From the IMG/VR virus record IMGVR_UViG_3300032286_000719, positions 48,820 to 112,819 of that record: 64,000 bases of DNA; one strand, given 5' to 3'. This DNA comes from a virus. The notes beneath the pieces were generated by a model. It did not search any database and had not been told where the DNA came from. It saw only the letters and a list, made by a program, of their open reading frames with translations. The translations under genes and the position numbers were made by a program. Positions 27,568 to 38,388 of this stretch are shown in pieces. The first letter of the stretch is position 1. Each line of letters opens with the position of its first letter.

Positions 27568-29109
27568 TTACTTAATCGTAACCACTCTGTCTTTTATCTT
27601 AGTTTTCATCTCACTAAGATTGGCAACAATCATGTTGATTTCTGATGCAGAAATCTGTGGTAGATTAAACTCGTACTTCTTAGCTTCAGCAGAGAATCCC
27701 TCTTTAACTTTTTCTGTTAGAGACTCTAACTCACGAATAGCATACTCTTCATCTAGTTGTAAGAAATCAAAGCTTCTGTCATTCATGATCTGGTCTGCTT
27801 CAGCAACAGTAGTTAGCATGAATGGAAGATATTCCCAACATCTACCTTTCTCTCTACCAATACCTACCACCTTCATAGGATTATGAAGAGTCATTACAGT
27901 AGTATCACCACAAAGAACATAAGGAGCTGTATATCCTGCAAAGTGTAATCCTGCTGTAGCACAATCTTGTGTAGACCAGTTACATTCTTCCATAGGCATG
28001 CTTACAACTTGTCCAACACGAATGTCAAATGTTCTGGTATAGTTGTCAGTGAATCTATTCTCTTCTCTATTAGGAAGATCTAGATATAGTTCTGTCAACC
28101 CACCTATTCTTTGACCATGTTCTACAGGAATTTCTTCTTCATAAGTATATTCTTCCACTATTCCTGTTCCATCACAGTTTTCACAGTCTTCCCAATCATC
28201 ATCTCCCATTTCTTCATCAAAGTCAGTATACCATCCACCTGCACCATTGCAATTAGGACAATCATCAGATGTAACTTTATGAACAATTACAAGAGCAGAA
28301 TCATGTACAAGTTTGTACTCACCATCTTCTAAGAATACAGTGTAGTGATCAGGATTCTTCTTCCATACAGCTTTCACCTTGTTATAAGCATTGCTCACAA
28401 AATTTACAAGCTCTGGAGAACCATGTAGTGTAACAACATTACGAAGAGCTACAAAGAATCCTTGTTTAGTAATCTTGAACTTATTCTCTGTTAAGAATCT
28501 GTATAGTTCATGTGCCACTTCAGCTCTTGGATTAAGACAACACCACATGAAGAAGTTCTTATGTGCTAGATACTCATCATCTTGCATCAATTGGTCACTA
28601 AACACTTCTTGAGAAGGTTCATTAGCCACTCTATCAACTATCTCAATGAATTTCTCCACAAGTAATTGAGGAAGACTTCTAGATGTTCCTGCTAAATAGA
28701 CAGTGTTACCTTCCACTGTAAAATCAGGAAGAACAGCAAGTATCTGAATACCCTGTTGTAATGCTTTGATTCTAGCAGTTTCAGCTTTTGCTTTCTCTAC
28801 ATCAGCCATCACTTCTGCAGAAGACATAATAGCTAAGATTTCTTCTACAGATGTAGCTTCTGCTACAGCATAGAAATCATCTTCACATGCATTAGGTTTG
28901 CTAAGAATAGCACCATCGTTTAACACTACAGTGAGAGTGTCATTTACTATCTTCATACTGAAGTATTGTCGTTGAGGTTTTGCTGTACACTTTTGGTCAA
29001 GTGGAACATCTTGTTCCATAAGACTATCTAACTTGTTTGCAATCACTCTGTCAATTGACACTTCCACTTTGCTCTTGAACCAGTCAAGACTTAAAAATTT
29101 GTTTTCCAT
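27568..29109 (-). CDS. rIIB-like protein with a Zn-finger insertion
   Basis: 'LNP', 'LYRFL...ITKQGFFVALR', 'GQVVSM', 'CATAGLH', 'NP..VV'; downstream of the rIIA-like gene. Confidence 0.75.
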   Translation of the reverse strand: MENKFLSLDWFKSKVEVSIDRVIANKLDSLMEQDVPLDQKCTAKPQRQYFSMKIVNDTLTVVLNDGAILSKPNACEDDFYAVAEATSVEEILAIMSSAEVMADVEKAKAETARIKALQQGIQILAVLPDFTVEGNTVYLAGTSRSLPQLLVEKFIEIVDRVANEPSQEVFSDQLMQDDEYLAHKNFFMWCCLNPRAEVAHELYRFLTENKFKITKQGFFVALRNVVTLHGSPELVNFVSNAYNKVKAVWKKNPDHYTVFLEDGEYKLVHDSALVIVHKVTSDDCPNCNGAGGWYTDFDEEMGDDDWEDCENCDGTGIVEEYTYEEEIPVEHGQRIGGLTELYLDLPNREENRFTDNYTRTFDIRVGQVVSMPMEECNWSTQDCATAGLHFAGYTAPYVLCGDTTVMTLHNPMKVVGIGREKGRCWEYLPFMLTTVAEADQIMNDRSFDFLQLDEEYAIRELESLTEKVKEGFSAEAKKYEFNLPQISASEINMIVANLSEMKTKIKDRVVTIK

Positions 29110-29119
29110 TTTTATTTAA

Positions 29120-31456
29120 TTAATTGTTGTTTACTAATAATTCTAATTCTTCTTCTGATAACACTTCTTCATTAAGTCTAATGTTGTAGTGTTTAAGATC
29201 CACTCTGTATCTGTAATACTTGAATAGATCAGATAGTACATTTACAAGAGGATTTTTGTCATCATAAAACCCTACACCTGCCATAAATGGATTCAAGAAA
29301 GGAAGCTTATCAAATATCTCTTGTAGCTCAATCACTTCAGGATAGATTGTCATATCAAACAACTTATTCTCTTCAGCAACAGCTAACATAGACTCTAAGA
29401 ATTCTTTAGCTGTACCACTGCCACCTGAATAACTAGGTAAGTAATAATTGTCAGATGCATACTTAGATAACATTGCTAATCTCTTTTGTAGAGGTGTAGA
29501 TGTGAATCCCACTTGATTAGATCTATCAAATGTAGCTCTATATTTATCAATCATCTTTTTGATTAGATAAGCTGTAGCCATACGTTTGAATGGTTTGTTT
29601 TTCCCTTCCATAAATTGTTCTAATGATATTAAGTTATGTATTTCTGAATCTTTTACGATGTTTAGTTCTCTCTGAGAGAATGTAACCACCTTCATCTTTT
29701 GTTTCTGTATGCAACCATAAAAAGCATCAAGCTTCATATAGTCATCATGATGTGTATACACCTTAAGATTCTTATCAGATTCTAGTTTCTCCAACTTATA
29801 TATTGCAGGAACGAATTTACAGTTTCTACCATCACTAAATTTCTGAAGTTCATCAGCTTCTTTACCATTGATTTCTCCTTTAAGCTTTTGTCTTCTAACA
29901 CCAGGTATACCAGTTCCAATTGCAGATGGTTTAATCTTTTTCTTGCTATCAACAAATTGCTGTGGCACCTCAAGAGCATCTAGATCTATGAAGTTGGCAC
30001 TGATAAGAGATATCACATGTTGATACTCTTCTATCACTTGTCTCCATTGATGTTTTGGATAAGACTTAAGACCTAATGCATGATAATACGTAGTGTTGTC
30101 AAACTTAGCAGGATGACCTAATGTCATAGGTTTAGCTGGCTTAACAAAGAAATTATTATCACTCTCTTTACATGTAGCTCTTAGATAGTCTTTCTTGATT
30201 CCAGGAATTCTATCTTGATACAAATACACTTTAGCACTTCCATTACATATACTTTCGATATTGTATCCATACACATAATGTTTCTCCATGTCATGCATTC
30301 TCTTATATCTCAAAGAGTATTTACATTTGTATGAATTATTTAAGAGAAACTGCTTATGTGCTCTATATACAGAAGGAAAATCCAAAATCTTTACTCCTTC
30401 TAGTTTAGGAATAGCTGGCTGGATAGTAGAGAACTTAACAAATGAATCAATTCTTTCCTTCTGACCATTCTCAAGAGTTAAATAATATCCATTCTTCTCA
30501 AGATAGTTGATAACAGACTTGATGTCATTACCATCTTCTATAGCTTCATTGTATTTAGTAACAAAATAATCAGCTACATCAGCAAGTTTTTGTTTAATTA
30601 TCACTTTGGCCTCTTGTGTATAACGCAATGATTCTCTGTTTGGTGTTGGATATAGTCCATCACTCAATGAAAATCTAAGAGCTACAGGAAAATCAATTCT
30701 ATCAATACCAAGCTTCTCAAAGTCTAAAGGATAATAAACATTGTCTAGACATATGTGTAATCTATCATCTGTAGACATTTCAGAAAACTGGAAGTGCTCA
30801 TGTCTACTAATGATGAACTCATTAGTGATAGATGAATCTTCTGGTACATCAAAGTATACACTCTCGAAATAACAAAGTTGTTCTTTAATCTTTTTATGGA
30901 ACTGCCATTTGTCACTGTACTTAACAGGAATAATGATTTTTACACCATTACGTTCTGTTGTTTCTTTCTCATATAAAAGATCAATAGTGTTAGTATCTTC
31001 TCCTTCATACATCATATACTTACGTTCCATTCCATCTTTTCTACATACAAAATAGAAACTAGATGAATAAGCAAGAGGAGCTTTGAAACCTAAGCCCATC
31101 ATACCAAGCTCTGTAGCACTATTACGTTTAGTAGACTTACCATACTTACTGATGATGTTCTTCACATCTTCAGCATCAAGACCAATACCAAAATCTTCTA
31201 CACAAAACTCGTAGTTGTTATAAGTAGATGCTTTGAATGATACAATGATTGGTTCATCAACACTAGCTCTTCTGTGACTGTCTAGTGCATTAGATGCACA
31301 TTCTCTAATAGCAGAACCTATATCGTCTGAATACAGGTTCTTACTTAACATTTGCATAAGGATTTGTGCACTATCTAAGTCTAGTGACATTCCAATTGAT
31401 TCCTGTGCTTGTCCATCAACTAGGACATTTGCTTCTTTCTGTTTTTCTAAAATCAT
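29120..31456 (-). CDS. rIIA-like GHKL ATPase
   Basis: 'LYSD...AIRECASNALDSH', 'EDFGIGL', 'YGKSTK', 'GMMGLGFKAPLAY'. Confidence 0.85.
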   Translation of the reverse strand: MILEKQKEANVLVDGQAQESIGMSLDLDSAQILMQMLSKNLYSDDIGSAIRECASNALDSHRRASVDEPIIVSFKASTYNNYEFCVEDFGIGLDAEDVKNIISKYGKSTKRNSATELGMMGLGFKAPLAYSSSFYFVCRKDGMERKYMMYEGEDTNTIDLLYEKETTERNGVKIIIPVKYSDKWQFHKKIKEQLCYFESVYFDVPEDSSITNEFIISRHEHFQFSEMSTDDRLHICLDNVYYPLDFEKLGIDRIDFPVALRFSLSDGLYPTPNRESLRYTQEAKVIIKQKLADVADYFVTKYNEAIEDGNDIKSVINYLEKNGYYLTLENGQKERIDSFVKFSTIQPAIPKLEGVKILDFPSVYRAHKQFLLNNSYKCKYSLRYKRMHDMEKHYVYGYNIESICNGSAKVYLYQDRIPGIKKDYLRATCKESDNNFFVKPAKPMTLGHPAKFDNTTYYHALGLKSYPKHQWRQVIEEYQHVISLISANFIDLDALEVPQQFVDSKKKIKPSAIGTGIPGVRRQKLKGEINGKEADELQKFSDGRNCKFVPAIYKLEKLESDKNLKVYTHHDDYMKLDAFYGCIQKQKMKVVTFSQRELNIVKDSEIHNLISLEQFMEGKNKPFKRMATAYLIKKMIDKYRATFDRSNQVGFTSTPLQKRLAMLSKYASDNYYLPSYSGGSGTAKEFLESMLAVAEENKLFDMTIYPEVIELQEIFDKLPFLNPFMAGVGFYDDKNPLVNVLSDLFKYYRYRVDLKHYNIRLNEEVLSEEELELLVNNN

Positions 31457-31466
31457 TTTTCTAAGT

Positions 31467-31802
31467 TTAAATTTCTGTTCCTCTTTTAACTAACCAAATT
31501 TGTCTGTAATTAAGATCTTGTGACACTCTAAGATTGTGTCCATCAGGAGATGGTATCCATGTCTTATTCATTATTGTTTGAGTTACACCATTTCTATCAA
31601 CATATGAACGACCTGCAACTACATCTTGTCTTGTTGTGCATCTAAAGTTTCCAAGCATTGGTTGTTTTGTATGCCAATTCACTTTAGTTTTACTCATTGT
31701 TGGTGGTGTTAGCACTCTTAAATACTTGAAGTATGATTGACAAGATATCATTATCTCATCACCTACTTGTAAATCTTCTGCTTTAATTAATACGTTTTCC
31801 AT
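31467..31802 (-). CDS. hypothetical protein
   Basis: 'AEDLQVGDEI' SH3-like start. Confidence 0.5.
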   Translation of the reverse strand: MENVLIKAEDLQVGDEIMISCQSYFKYLRVLTPPTMSKTKVNWHTKQPMLGNFRCTTRQDVVAGRSYVDRNGVTQTIMNKTWIPSPDGHNLRVSQDLNYRQIWLVKRGTEI

Positions 31803-31813
31803 GTTTATAATTT

Positions 31814-32533
31814 TTAAAAAGGTGCATCAATGTCTACCCATAAGACAGTGTCACCATTGGTTTCATCTAATAATCTATTTACTTTCTTAAACACACCTTC
31901 TGTGTCCCAATCTACTCCTTTGTAACTTGCAGATGCTGGATGTGACACTTCAAACACATGTGTGAATATACCTGTGTATTTTTTGTATCTAGCAGCATCT
32001 TTCCCAAGAAAGACAATTGGTACACCTAAGTGGTTTATAATTTCCTCAAACAGGTATTTGATAAATGGTTCCCATATTTCCATATGAGATCCAGCTTTAT
32101 CTTTCTCTGTTGTTAAAGCAGCATTAAGCATTAACACTCCTTGGTGAGCTAAGAAGCTTACATCTGGGTTCTCTATAATGTGTAAGTTCAATCCATCATA
32201 GAATTCCTTTTCCATAGCTCTATAGAATTGATCTAAGGAAGGTTGAACTTGTCCTGTTACAGAACATCCCATAAGTAATCCATCTGCCACTGGAGCATCA
32301 TTCTTAAATGTGTGATAAGGGCACATACCCACTAATACCACTTTAAGGTCATCTAATGGTGTCTCTAAGAAACATCTCCAAACATGCATAGATATAGGAG
32401 CAACCTTCTTGCCTCTCTTACTCTCTGCTTTTAGAAATGCATAAATCTTATCACACTCTTCACTTTCTATGAATGGCTGCAACCTTGCATGCCAACTAGG
32501 GTGAAACTTGTCTTTAAACGATTCCCATTTCAT
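31814..32533 (-). CDS. ung: uracil-DNA glycosylase family 1
   Basis: 'KVVLVGMCPY', 'ADGL', 'QGVLMLNAALT', 'SH..W', 'HPAS'; the usual GQDPY is GMCPY here. Confidence 0.85.
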   Translation of the reverse strand: MKWESFKDKFHPSWHARLQPFIESEECDKIYAFLKAESKRGKKVAPISMHVWRCFLETPLDDLKVVLVGMCPYHTFKNDAPVADGLLMGCSVTGQVQPSLDQFYRAMEKEFYDGLNLHIIENPDVSFLAHQGVLMLNAALTTEKDKAGSHMEIWEPFIKYLFEEIINHLGVPIVFLGKDAARYKKYTGIFTHVFEVSHPASASYKGVDWDTEGVFKKVNRLLDETNGDTVLWVDIDAPF

Positions 32534-32841
32534 AATAATAATGATATTTTTCTGTGAAAGAACTTAGTCAATATAGATTCTAAGTTCTCAATGCTTATGC
32601 ATTGCACTTCTACACTAAAATCTGTAGTTTCTAACCATTCAACATTTTCTTTAATCTGTTCTTCGAGTATTTCTAACTCATCATCTGTTGCTCTCATATT
32701 AATTCTTTTTAAATATTTGTACCCATATATTTAACCAAGCAATTTGTATATCAATGCTTACATAGTGCTCTGCGTGTTTAGTGTTTTTAAACAATCTAAA
32801 CATCACACCAAAATCAAACCAATCCCAAAAAAATGTTGTTC

Positions 32842-33117
32842 TCATAGTCCTTTTTCTTTTTTATAAATTTCTAATAATTCTTTTGTTGTTATCCATTTTC
32901 CTGAATCAAAATGATACCATTCATTTTTAGCTTCATGATAGCCTAATCTATTTTCTGTTTTGTTCATCCACTCTGTAAATTCTATAACATAATCATCTGC
33001 TATTTTTTCTTGTGAATCAATAACTTTATCAATGTTTTCGAATTTGATTCTTAAACATTCTGAATCATCGTGTGATTGGTTGTAAAGTCTTTCTTTAAAC
33101 TTTTCTTTTAGTGTCAT
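32842..33117 (-). CDS. small hypothetical protein of the mosaic 'LLEIYKKE' family
   Basis: Shares 'DDY.IEF.EW' and 'LLEIYKKE' with 44468..44746. Confidence 0.55.
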   Translation of the reverse strand: MTLKEKFKERLYNQSHDDSECLRIKFENIDKVIDSQEKIADDYVIEFTEWMNKTENRLGYHEAKNEWYHFDSGKWITTKELLEIYKKEKGL

Positions 33118-34115
33118 ATTAATTCTTTTTGTGTTAAATATTGTTCAATAACTTTTAATCCATGTGCTTTGGCTAGATCAGCCCAATCTTTAATTCCTTC
33201 ATCTAGATAGATTCTTGGTACATTACAATACTCAAATCCAAACTTATCAGTTATCATTTGAGAATTCTTTACACCAGTCTCATCACTATCGAAGCTCAAT
33301 ATCTGTCTGTCTGAGTTCTCTTTGATGTATTCAACATTCTCTTCAGAGAAACATCCAAGACCTTCATTTTGAACTGCACAACAACATGGAAATACTTTTT
33401 TCATCACCATGTAATCCTTCTTACTCTTATTGATAAACGCAACATCACAATCTCTTATGTCGTCTAGTCCATCCATCATAGTGATAGGTACATTATTTGG
33501 CATCCACTTATTCTTCTTGTCAGCAAATGGTCTGTAGATCTTCCAATGGCCTTCATATAGATAACCAAACCTCAACTCTGTATCTTTTAAAGGAAACTTC
33601 TTCTTGTTAAGGTATAGTGTGTCTATTGAATATACATTGTTAGCTCTCAGATCATCTATGTCCTGATAATACCCATTCCAATAAGCTAGTTCTTCGTGTG
33701 TAAACTTTCTAGGTTTAACCTGAATGAAATACTCACGCTTAGATGTGGCTGTTGGTTGTGTATAATTAGAGACAATCCTCTCATAATTTCTTGTAGAGGA
33801 TCCTGTGACAATCCCTAGATCAAAATCCTTATCAATCATCAACATTGCTTCACGCAATGATATATTGAATAGCATCATAACGAAATCAAAGCATCCACCT
33901 TTTCTACTGGAGTCTCCAAAATCACAATATCTCAATGTTCCTCCTCTATATCCTATAATGAATGATGGATTCTTTTCATTTCTAAAGGGAGAATAAGTAA
34001 CTACATTAATTTTCCAATTCTGATGTGGCATATACATCTTATAGATATCATAATCAGATATCTTTTCTAGTATGCTATCAGGTGTCAAGTTTATTCTTTT
34101 TCTTCCTCGTATCAT
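33114..34115 (-). CDS. DnaG-type primase (crAss-like)
   Basis: 'SPFRNEKNPSF', 'DFG', 'KIYRP', 'KSKKD', TOPRIM 'FDSDETG', 'KDWAD'. Confidence 0.85.
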   Translation of the reverse strand: MIRGRKRINLTPDSILEKISDYDIYKMYMPHQNWKINVVTYSPFRNEKNPSFIIGYRGGTLRYCDFGDSSRKGGCFDFVMMLFNISLREAMLMIDKDFDLGIVTGSSTRNYERIVSNYTQPTATSKREYFIQVKPRKFTHEELAYWNGYYQDIDDLRANNVYSIDTLYLNKKKFPLKDTELRFGYLYEGHWKIYRPFADKKNKWMPNNVPITMMDGLDDIRDCDVAFINKSKKDYMVMKKVFPCCCAVQNEGLGCFSEENVEYIKENSDRQILSFDSDETGVKNSQMITDKFGFEYCNVPRIYLDEGIKDWADLAKAHGLKVIEQYLTQKELI

Positions 34116-34125
34116 ATAGCTCTAA

Positions 34126-34158
34126 AATAAAAACCCCCACATTTCTGTGAGGGCTCTC
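34126..34158 (-). terminator. intrinsic terminator
   Basis: - strand GCCCTCACA-GAAA-TGTGGGGG-TTTTTATTTT. Confidence 0.7.
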
Positions 34159-34175
34159 ATTAACAATTAATTGAA

Positions 34176-35048
34176 TTAATAATCGTCACCATCATCAGAA
34201 ATATATGCATCAGAGGCAACCAAGTTATCATCTGGATTATAATCCTGAATTTCTTTGAATGTGTAATAGTCTTTACAACCATATTCACCTATAACGTTCA
34301 TAACAAACTTCTCATGAGCTTTCAAATCACGAGGTTTCTTATTCTTAAGAGTATCTTGTGTCTTTTTGTTTCCATAATCAACAAGTCTGAATTGTTTCAA
34401 AGCATATCCACCTACAAAAGCTTTGTTGTAGATACCTTGATATTCTTTAGACTCTCCATCTCTCTCTTTAACTATTACAGTGGCAAGAGCAACAACAGAT
34501 TTAGCCCATTCACCATCGATTTGGTCTTTAAGGTCTTTTACATTACCTCTCATCAACTTCTTCCATTCTATCTGAAGAACAGTGTCTGCATCACGATAAT
34601 CAAGATCAGCTAACCATACACGCATGAAGTTGTAAAGATCTTCTTCACCTGTATATGCTATTCTGAAATCTCTTCCTTTGGTAAACCATTCAGCAAGATC
34701 ATTCTCATCAGCTGCCCAAGAACACATACCAACAGAATTGATATATTGATGCTTGGTACCATCTTTGTTTTCTCTTTCTTTATCTTCTAAGAAGAATGAC
34801 ACTTTGTACTTTTCATCATTGTTCACTCTTTGTAACCAGAAATCAACACGTAGATAGTTGTTTCCATCCTTAGTCTCACCTAAATACTCAGCAGCTTTGC
34901 TGTCTTCTTTAAGATCCATTCCAAGGACATCTTTAAACTCTTCCAATGTTGGATTGATTGCAATCACATTTGCCTCAAACAAACCCACTTTCTTTGAAAA
35001 ATCTCCACCACCTGTGTTTTCTCTTTTCTTTCCTCCAATACTACTCAT
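34176..35048 (-). CDS. putative ssDNA-binding protein
   Basis: Between the Sak4-like ATPase and primase; acidic C-terminal tail 'SDDGDDY'. Confidence 0.5.
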   Translation of the reverse strand: MSSIGGKKRENTGGGDFSKKVGLFEANVIAINPTLEEFKDVLGMDLKEDSKAAEYLGETKDGNNYLRVDFWLQRVNNDEKYKVSFFLEDKERENKDGTKHQYINSVGMCSWAADENDLAEWFTKGRDFRIAYTGEEDLYNFMRVWLADLDYRDADTVLQIEWKKLMRGNVKDLKDQIDGEWAKSVVALATVIVKERDGESKEYQGIYNKAFVGGYALKQFRLVDYGNKKTQDTLKNKKPRDLKAHEKFVMNVIGEYGCKDYYTFKEIQDYNPDDNLVASDAYISDDGDDY

Positions 35049-35206
35049 AATTCTAATTTATTTATTAAACAATTTTTTAGCTTCTTCAGGGTTTTCTTCT
35101 TGCCATTTTTTTGATTTTTCTTCATCAAAACCTTCCATTAATTCTACAGCATTGTAGATTACTTTTTTTTCTTTTTGTTCTTTTTTTTCTTCCATTTTAA
35201 TTTAAT

Positions 35207-35878
35207 TTAGTTATAATAATCATTTAATGTATCTACCACCAACTGTAAGTTGTTTGGTATTTTTGTTTCTGTAAACATTCCATCAGGACTTTTAGCTGGA
35301 ATCTTTTTATAACGATTTGTTACAAATTCATAATTTACACTTCCATCTTTATTCTCTTCTACATTAGTGTATAACACCACTGTAAATAATCCTTCAAGAT
35401 TGATTTGGTTATCAATAAGTTTACCTGATGTTTTCATCTTATATCCTATAATATCTCCACCATCTTCAATAGTGTCTGGATGAGAAAAATAGAAAACAGT
35501 CAAATCATCTCTTAAATGTCTAGCAGTTTTAATCATTGCAACAGTGTCTCTAGCCATAACACTGAACTTTTCATAACCTTTTTCCATTGCTTTATCAAGC
35601 ATTGTAAAACCCATTACATAATTTGAGTCTTCAAGAATGATATTCTTAATGTGAGGAGCTTTTTCTGAGATGGTTCTTAACAAACGAGTGATCTCATTTG
35701 CATCATCTATCTCTTTGTAATTCTTGTTTTCTACATTGTAAAGTTTTTCAGATCCCTTGAATGGGAGCTCTTTCTTTGCAACGTTGATAATGTACGTTTC
35801 TTCTGGATTTAAGTGTTTAATACTGGTTGATTTACCTGTACCTGTTGCACCAACAATCCCTACTAATTTACTTGCCAT
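35207..35878 (-). CDS. AAA_24 / Sak4-like ATPase
   Basis: 'GATGTGKSTS', 'KELPFKG', 'KTSGKLID', 'EGLFTVVL', 'AKSPDGMF'. Confidence 0.8.
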   Translation of the reverse strand: MASKLVGIVGATGTGKSTSIKHLNPEETYIINVAKKELPFKGSEKLYNVENKNYKEIDDANEITRLLRTISEKAPHIKNIILEDSNYVMGFTMLDKAMEKGYEKFSVMARDTVAMIKTARHLRDDLTVFYFSHPDTIEDGGDIIGYKMKTSGKLIDNQINLEGLFTVVLYTNVEENKDGSVNYEFVTNRYKKIPAKSPDGMFTETKIPNNLQLVVDTLNDYYN

Positions 35879-35948
35879 TGTTTACTTGCTTTAATTATTA
35901 ATATTTAGTTTAATTTATACTCTATAAAGATACGAATAATTATTTTAA

Positions 35949-37031
35949 TTATAGGTATTTTATCTTGTTTTTATCAAAGAATTCTAGTGCTTTGTTCAAC
36001 CATTTTTGCTCTACAGATTCGTCAGAACTGATGATATAGATGTGAGCTTTCTTATCAGGAGTGTTATACTCCATAGCCATACATCTATTGATCTTCTGTG
36101 CTAAGTTCTCTGCATTACTATCAAAATAGTTGATAATCACCTTGTCTAGTGGTTTGTATGTCACGCCTGTATTACCAATCTTTACAACAGCTAAGTGATT
36201 ACCTTCTCCTTCAGCAAATTCTTCAAACAGTCTTTTCTCACTAGATTTACTGTGATAGGAAGGAATGCCAAGATTGTCTGCTATAGCAGTGGTACCACAG
36301 AAAACTAAGACTCTCTCATCTTTATGTGCAGCCAAAAGTCGCTTTGTAGCATTACTTTTGGCTAGGGATGATTGAATGATACGCATTCTGGCCAGACGTA
36401 AGAACATAGCATTACCACCTTCTCTGTCCATCTTATTGATAACCCATGTAAGATCATCAAACTGTTTCTTTTCAGTTTTATCTTTACTCTTATACTCTTG
36501 TAATGTCTTTGTATCTAAAGGCACTCTAATCACATTGATTTCATAATCTACAATAACTCCCTCTTCAATTGCTTTTTCAATTGGATAGGTTGCTATTACA
36601 TGAATATCTAATTCTTCTTCAAGGGTTCTTTCTGTCCAACTGGATAATGTTCCAGTTAGACCAAGAATCTGTCCATTAACATCGAACAGGTCCTTACACA
36701 CTTCTATTTGAGCCTCGCTCAGTAAGTGTATCTCATCTATGATGACAACATCAAAGCTCTGATCAGCATACTTCTTTAAAGACAAATGGGTTGTATATGT
36801 GACAATACTGTCATCAAACCCAAGTTCTTCAAAATCAGCTTGCCAAGACTCTTTAATCTTATTATCTGGATAAGCAATAAGAATGCTTTCAGGCTTAAGC
36901 TTATTCAATGCATGTATACTAGTTCTAATCTTTCCAAACCTTGGACATAGATTTAGTATTCCATACATTCCATGCTTTAGCCATACATCAGCAAACTCTT
37001 TTTGCCTGATATCACGTATACTTTGTTTCAT
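35949..37031 (-). CDS. superfamily 2 helicase
   Basis: 'PRFGKIR', 'IIDEIH', 'LGLTGT', 'QKINR'. Confidence 0.8.
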   Translation of the reverse strand: MKQSIRDIRQKEFADVWLKHGMYGILNLCPRFGKIRTSIHALNKLKPESILIAYPDNKIKESWQADFEELGFDDSIVTYTTHLSLKKYADQSFDVVIIDEIHLLSEAQIEVCKDLFDVNGQILGLTGTLSSWTERTLEEELDIHVIATYPIEKAIEEGVIVDYEINVIRVPLDTKTLQEYKSKDKTEKKQFDDLTWVINKMDREGGNAMFLRLARMRIIQSSLAKSNATKRLLAAHKDERVLVFCGTTAIADNLGIPSYHSKSSEKRLFEEFAEGEGNHLAVVKIGNTGVTYKPLDKVIINYFDSNAENLAQKINRCMAMEYNTPDKKAHIYIISSDESVEQKWLNKALEFFDKNKIKYL

Positions 37032-37129
37032 ATTGTCATTTGTTTGCTTTTTCTATTAAATAATACCATAACCAAATTACCTTGGGTCTTATGAATTCAT
37101 AAGCTGCCCATATCAATATATATTTCATT

Positions 37130-38194
37130 TTACCTAAGAAAGAAACTTTTATTTGTAATAGCTTCATAGTCTGATTCAGTAATGTCTTTTTTACGAGGCA
37201 TCTCACCAAACATTCCTATTTCTCCTAAAAATGCAAGACCTATTCTTACGTCGTCTGCACCATAGCTATTTTTTATTACTCTTAAACTTCTGAAATACTT
37301 TGCTCCAAAGGAGTCTACTAGTTTGTCTAAGTTATATCCAGAGGGATCTGCCACCTTGTATCTAATAGGATCAAACAGGCCCATAACAACATCAGCATCG
37401 TTCTGTGTTGATGAACTGTCTGCAAAATCCTCTAGTTGAGGTTCTACATCTCCATTCTTTATCCTGGTAGGATTGGATATACTTCTATTGAACTGACTAA
37501 CAACAACAGGACTATGGCCATAAAAGTCTCTAGCATATCTGAGTTCATCAGACATTTTATCTATAGCATCTTTCTTGGTTGGTTGTGTTGTGGTTGTCTT
37601 TAATAGTCCAATATGGTCAATTACATCAAGGGTGATTTCATTTGGATCATCTGGAACATATATTTTATTATACTCATCCATCTGTTCTATCTTACCTCTT
37701 TGAAGAGCATAAGCTTTCAGCTCTTTGGCTATACCTACAGGATTCTCTGGTCCATCGATTAACGTAACCACTTCACACAACTCATTCATGTAGTCTTTGT
37801 AGTGTAAATACAGGTCATGCTGATCTTTGGTCATTGTCTCTTTCCAACCCAATAGTGTACCTACAGGAATCAGTATTCCTTGGTCTATAAAGATCTTACG
37901 TGACATCCATTTAGCCATTTTATAGGCTCTACTTCTCTCCATAGATCTATACCAAACCTTCACCTTGATTCCTGAAGCCTGTCCTTCTTTAGAAAGGGCC
38001 CAATCAACAGGATTAAGAACAAATGCATCATCAATAAAGCTTGTCTTACCTGAACCAGTGTTACCACCTATCAAATAATACATTCCTTTACGAATACCTA
38101 CGTAGTTAGTAAGTCTATCAAAACCCATAGGGATTCCTTTATTCTTACCAGATAGGCCTTTGTTCACTTCTGCATCTAATATGTCAAAACTCAT
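37130..38194 (-). CDS. DnaB-like replicative helicase
   Basis: 'GGNTGSGKTS', 'SME', 'IDHIGL', 'SQFNR', 'DADVV', 'KNSYG'. Confidence 0.85.
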   Translation of the reverse strand: MSFDILDAEVNKGLSGKNKGIPMGFDRLTNYVGIRKGMYYLIGGNTGSGKTSFIDDAFVLNPVDWALSKEGQASGIKVKVWYRSMERSRAYKMAKWMSRKIFIDQGILIPVGTLLGWKETMTKDQHDLYLHYKDYMNELCEVVTLIDGPENPVGIAKELKAYALQRGKIEQMDEYNKIYVPDDPNEITLDVIDHIGLLKTTTTQPTKKDAIDKMSDELRYARDFYGHSPVVVSQFNRSISNPTRIKNGDVEPQLEDFADSSSTQNDADVVMGLFDPIRYKVADPSGYNLDKLVDSFGAKYFRSLRVIKNSYGADDVRIGLAFLGEIGMFGEMPRKKDITESDYEAITNKSFFLR

Positions 38195-38388
38195 AATAGC
38201 TCTATTTCTTGTTTAACTTCTAACCAAAATGGTTTCATCACTTGATAACAGTGTTCTAATATTTCATCAACTGCTATTAATGCATTTGCTTCTGCTAATA
38301 ATTGAGAATGACTCTCTCCTAATTCTATACTTCTATTTTTAAACTTTTCAACTAACTCTTTTGCTTTTTCTTTTGGTGTCATAGCCAT
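38191..38388 (-). CDS. small hypothetical protein
   Basis: 'MTPKEKAKELVEKF...ALIAVDEIL...W.EVKQEI'. Confidence 0.6.
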   Translation of the reverse strand: MAMTPKEKAKELVEKFKNRSIELGESHSQLLAEANALIAVDEILEHCYQVMKPFWLEVKQEIELL

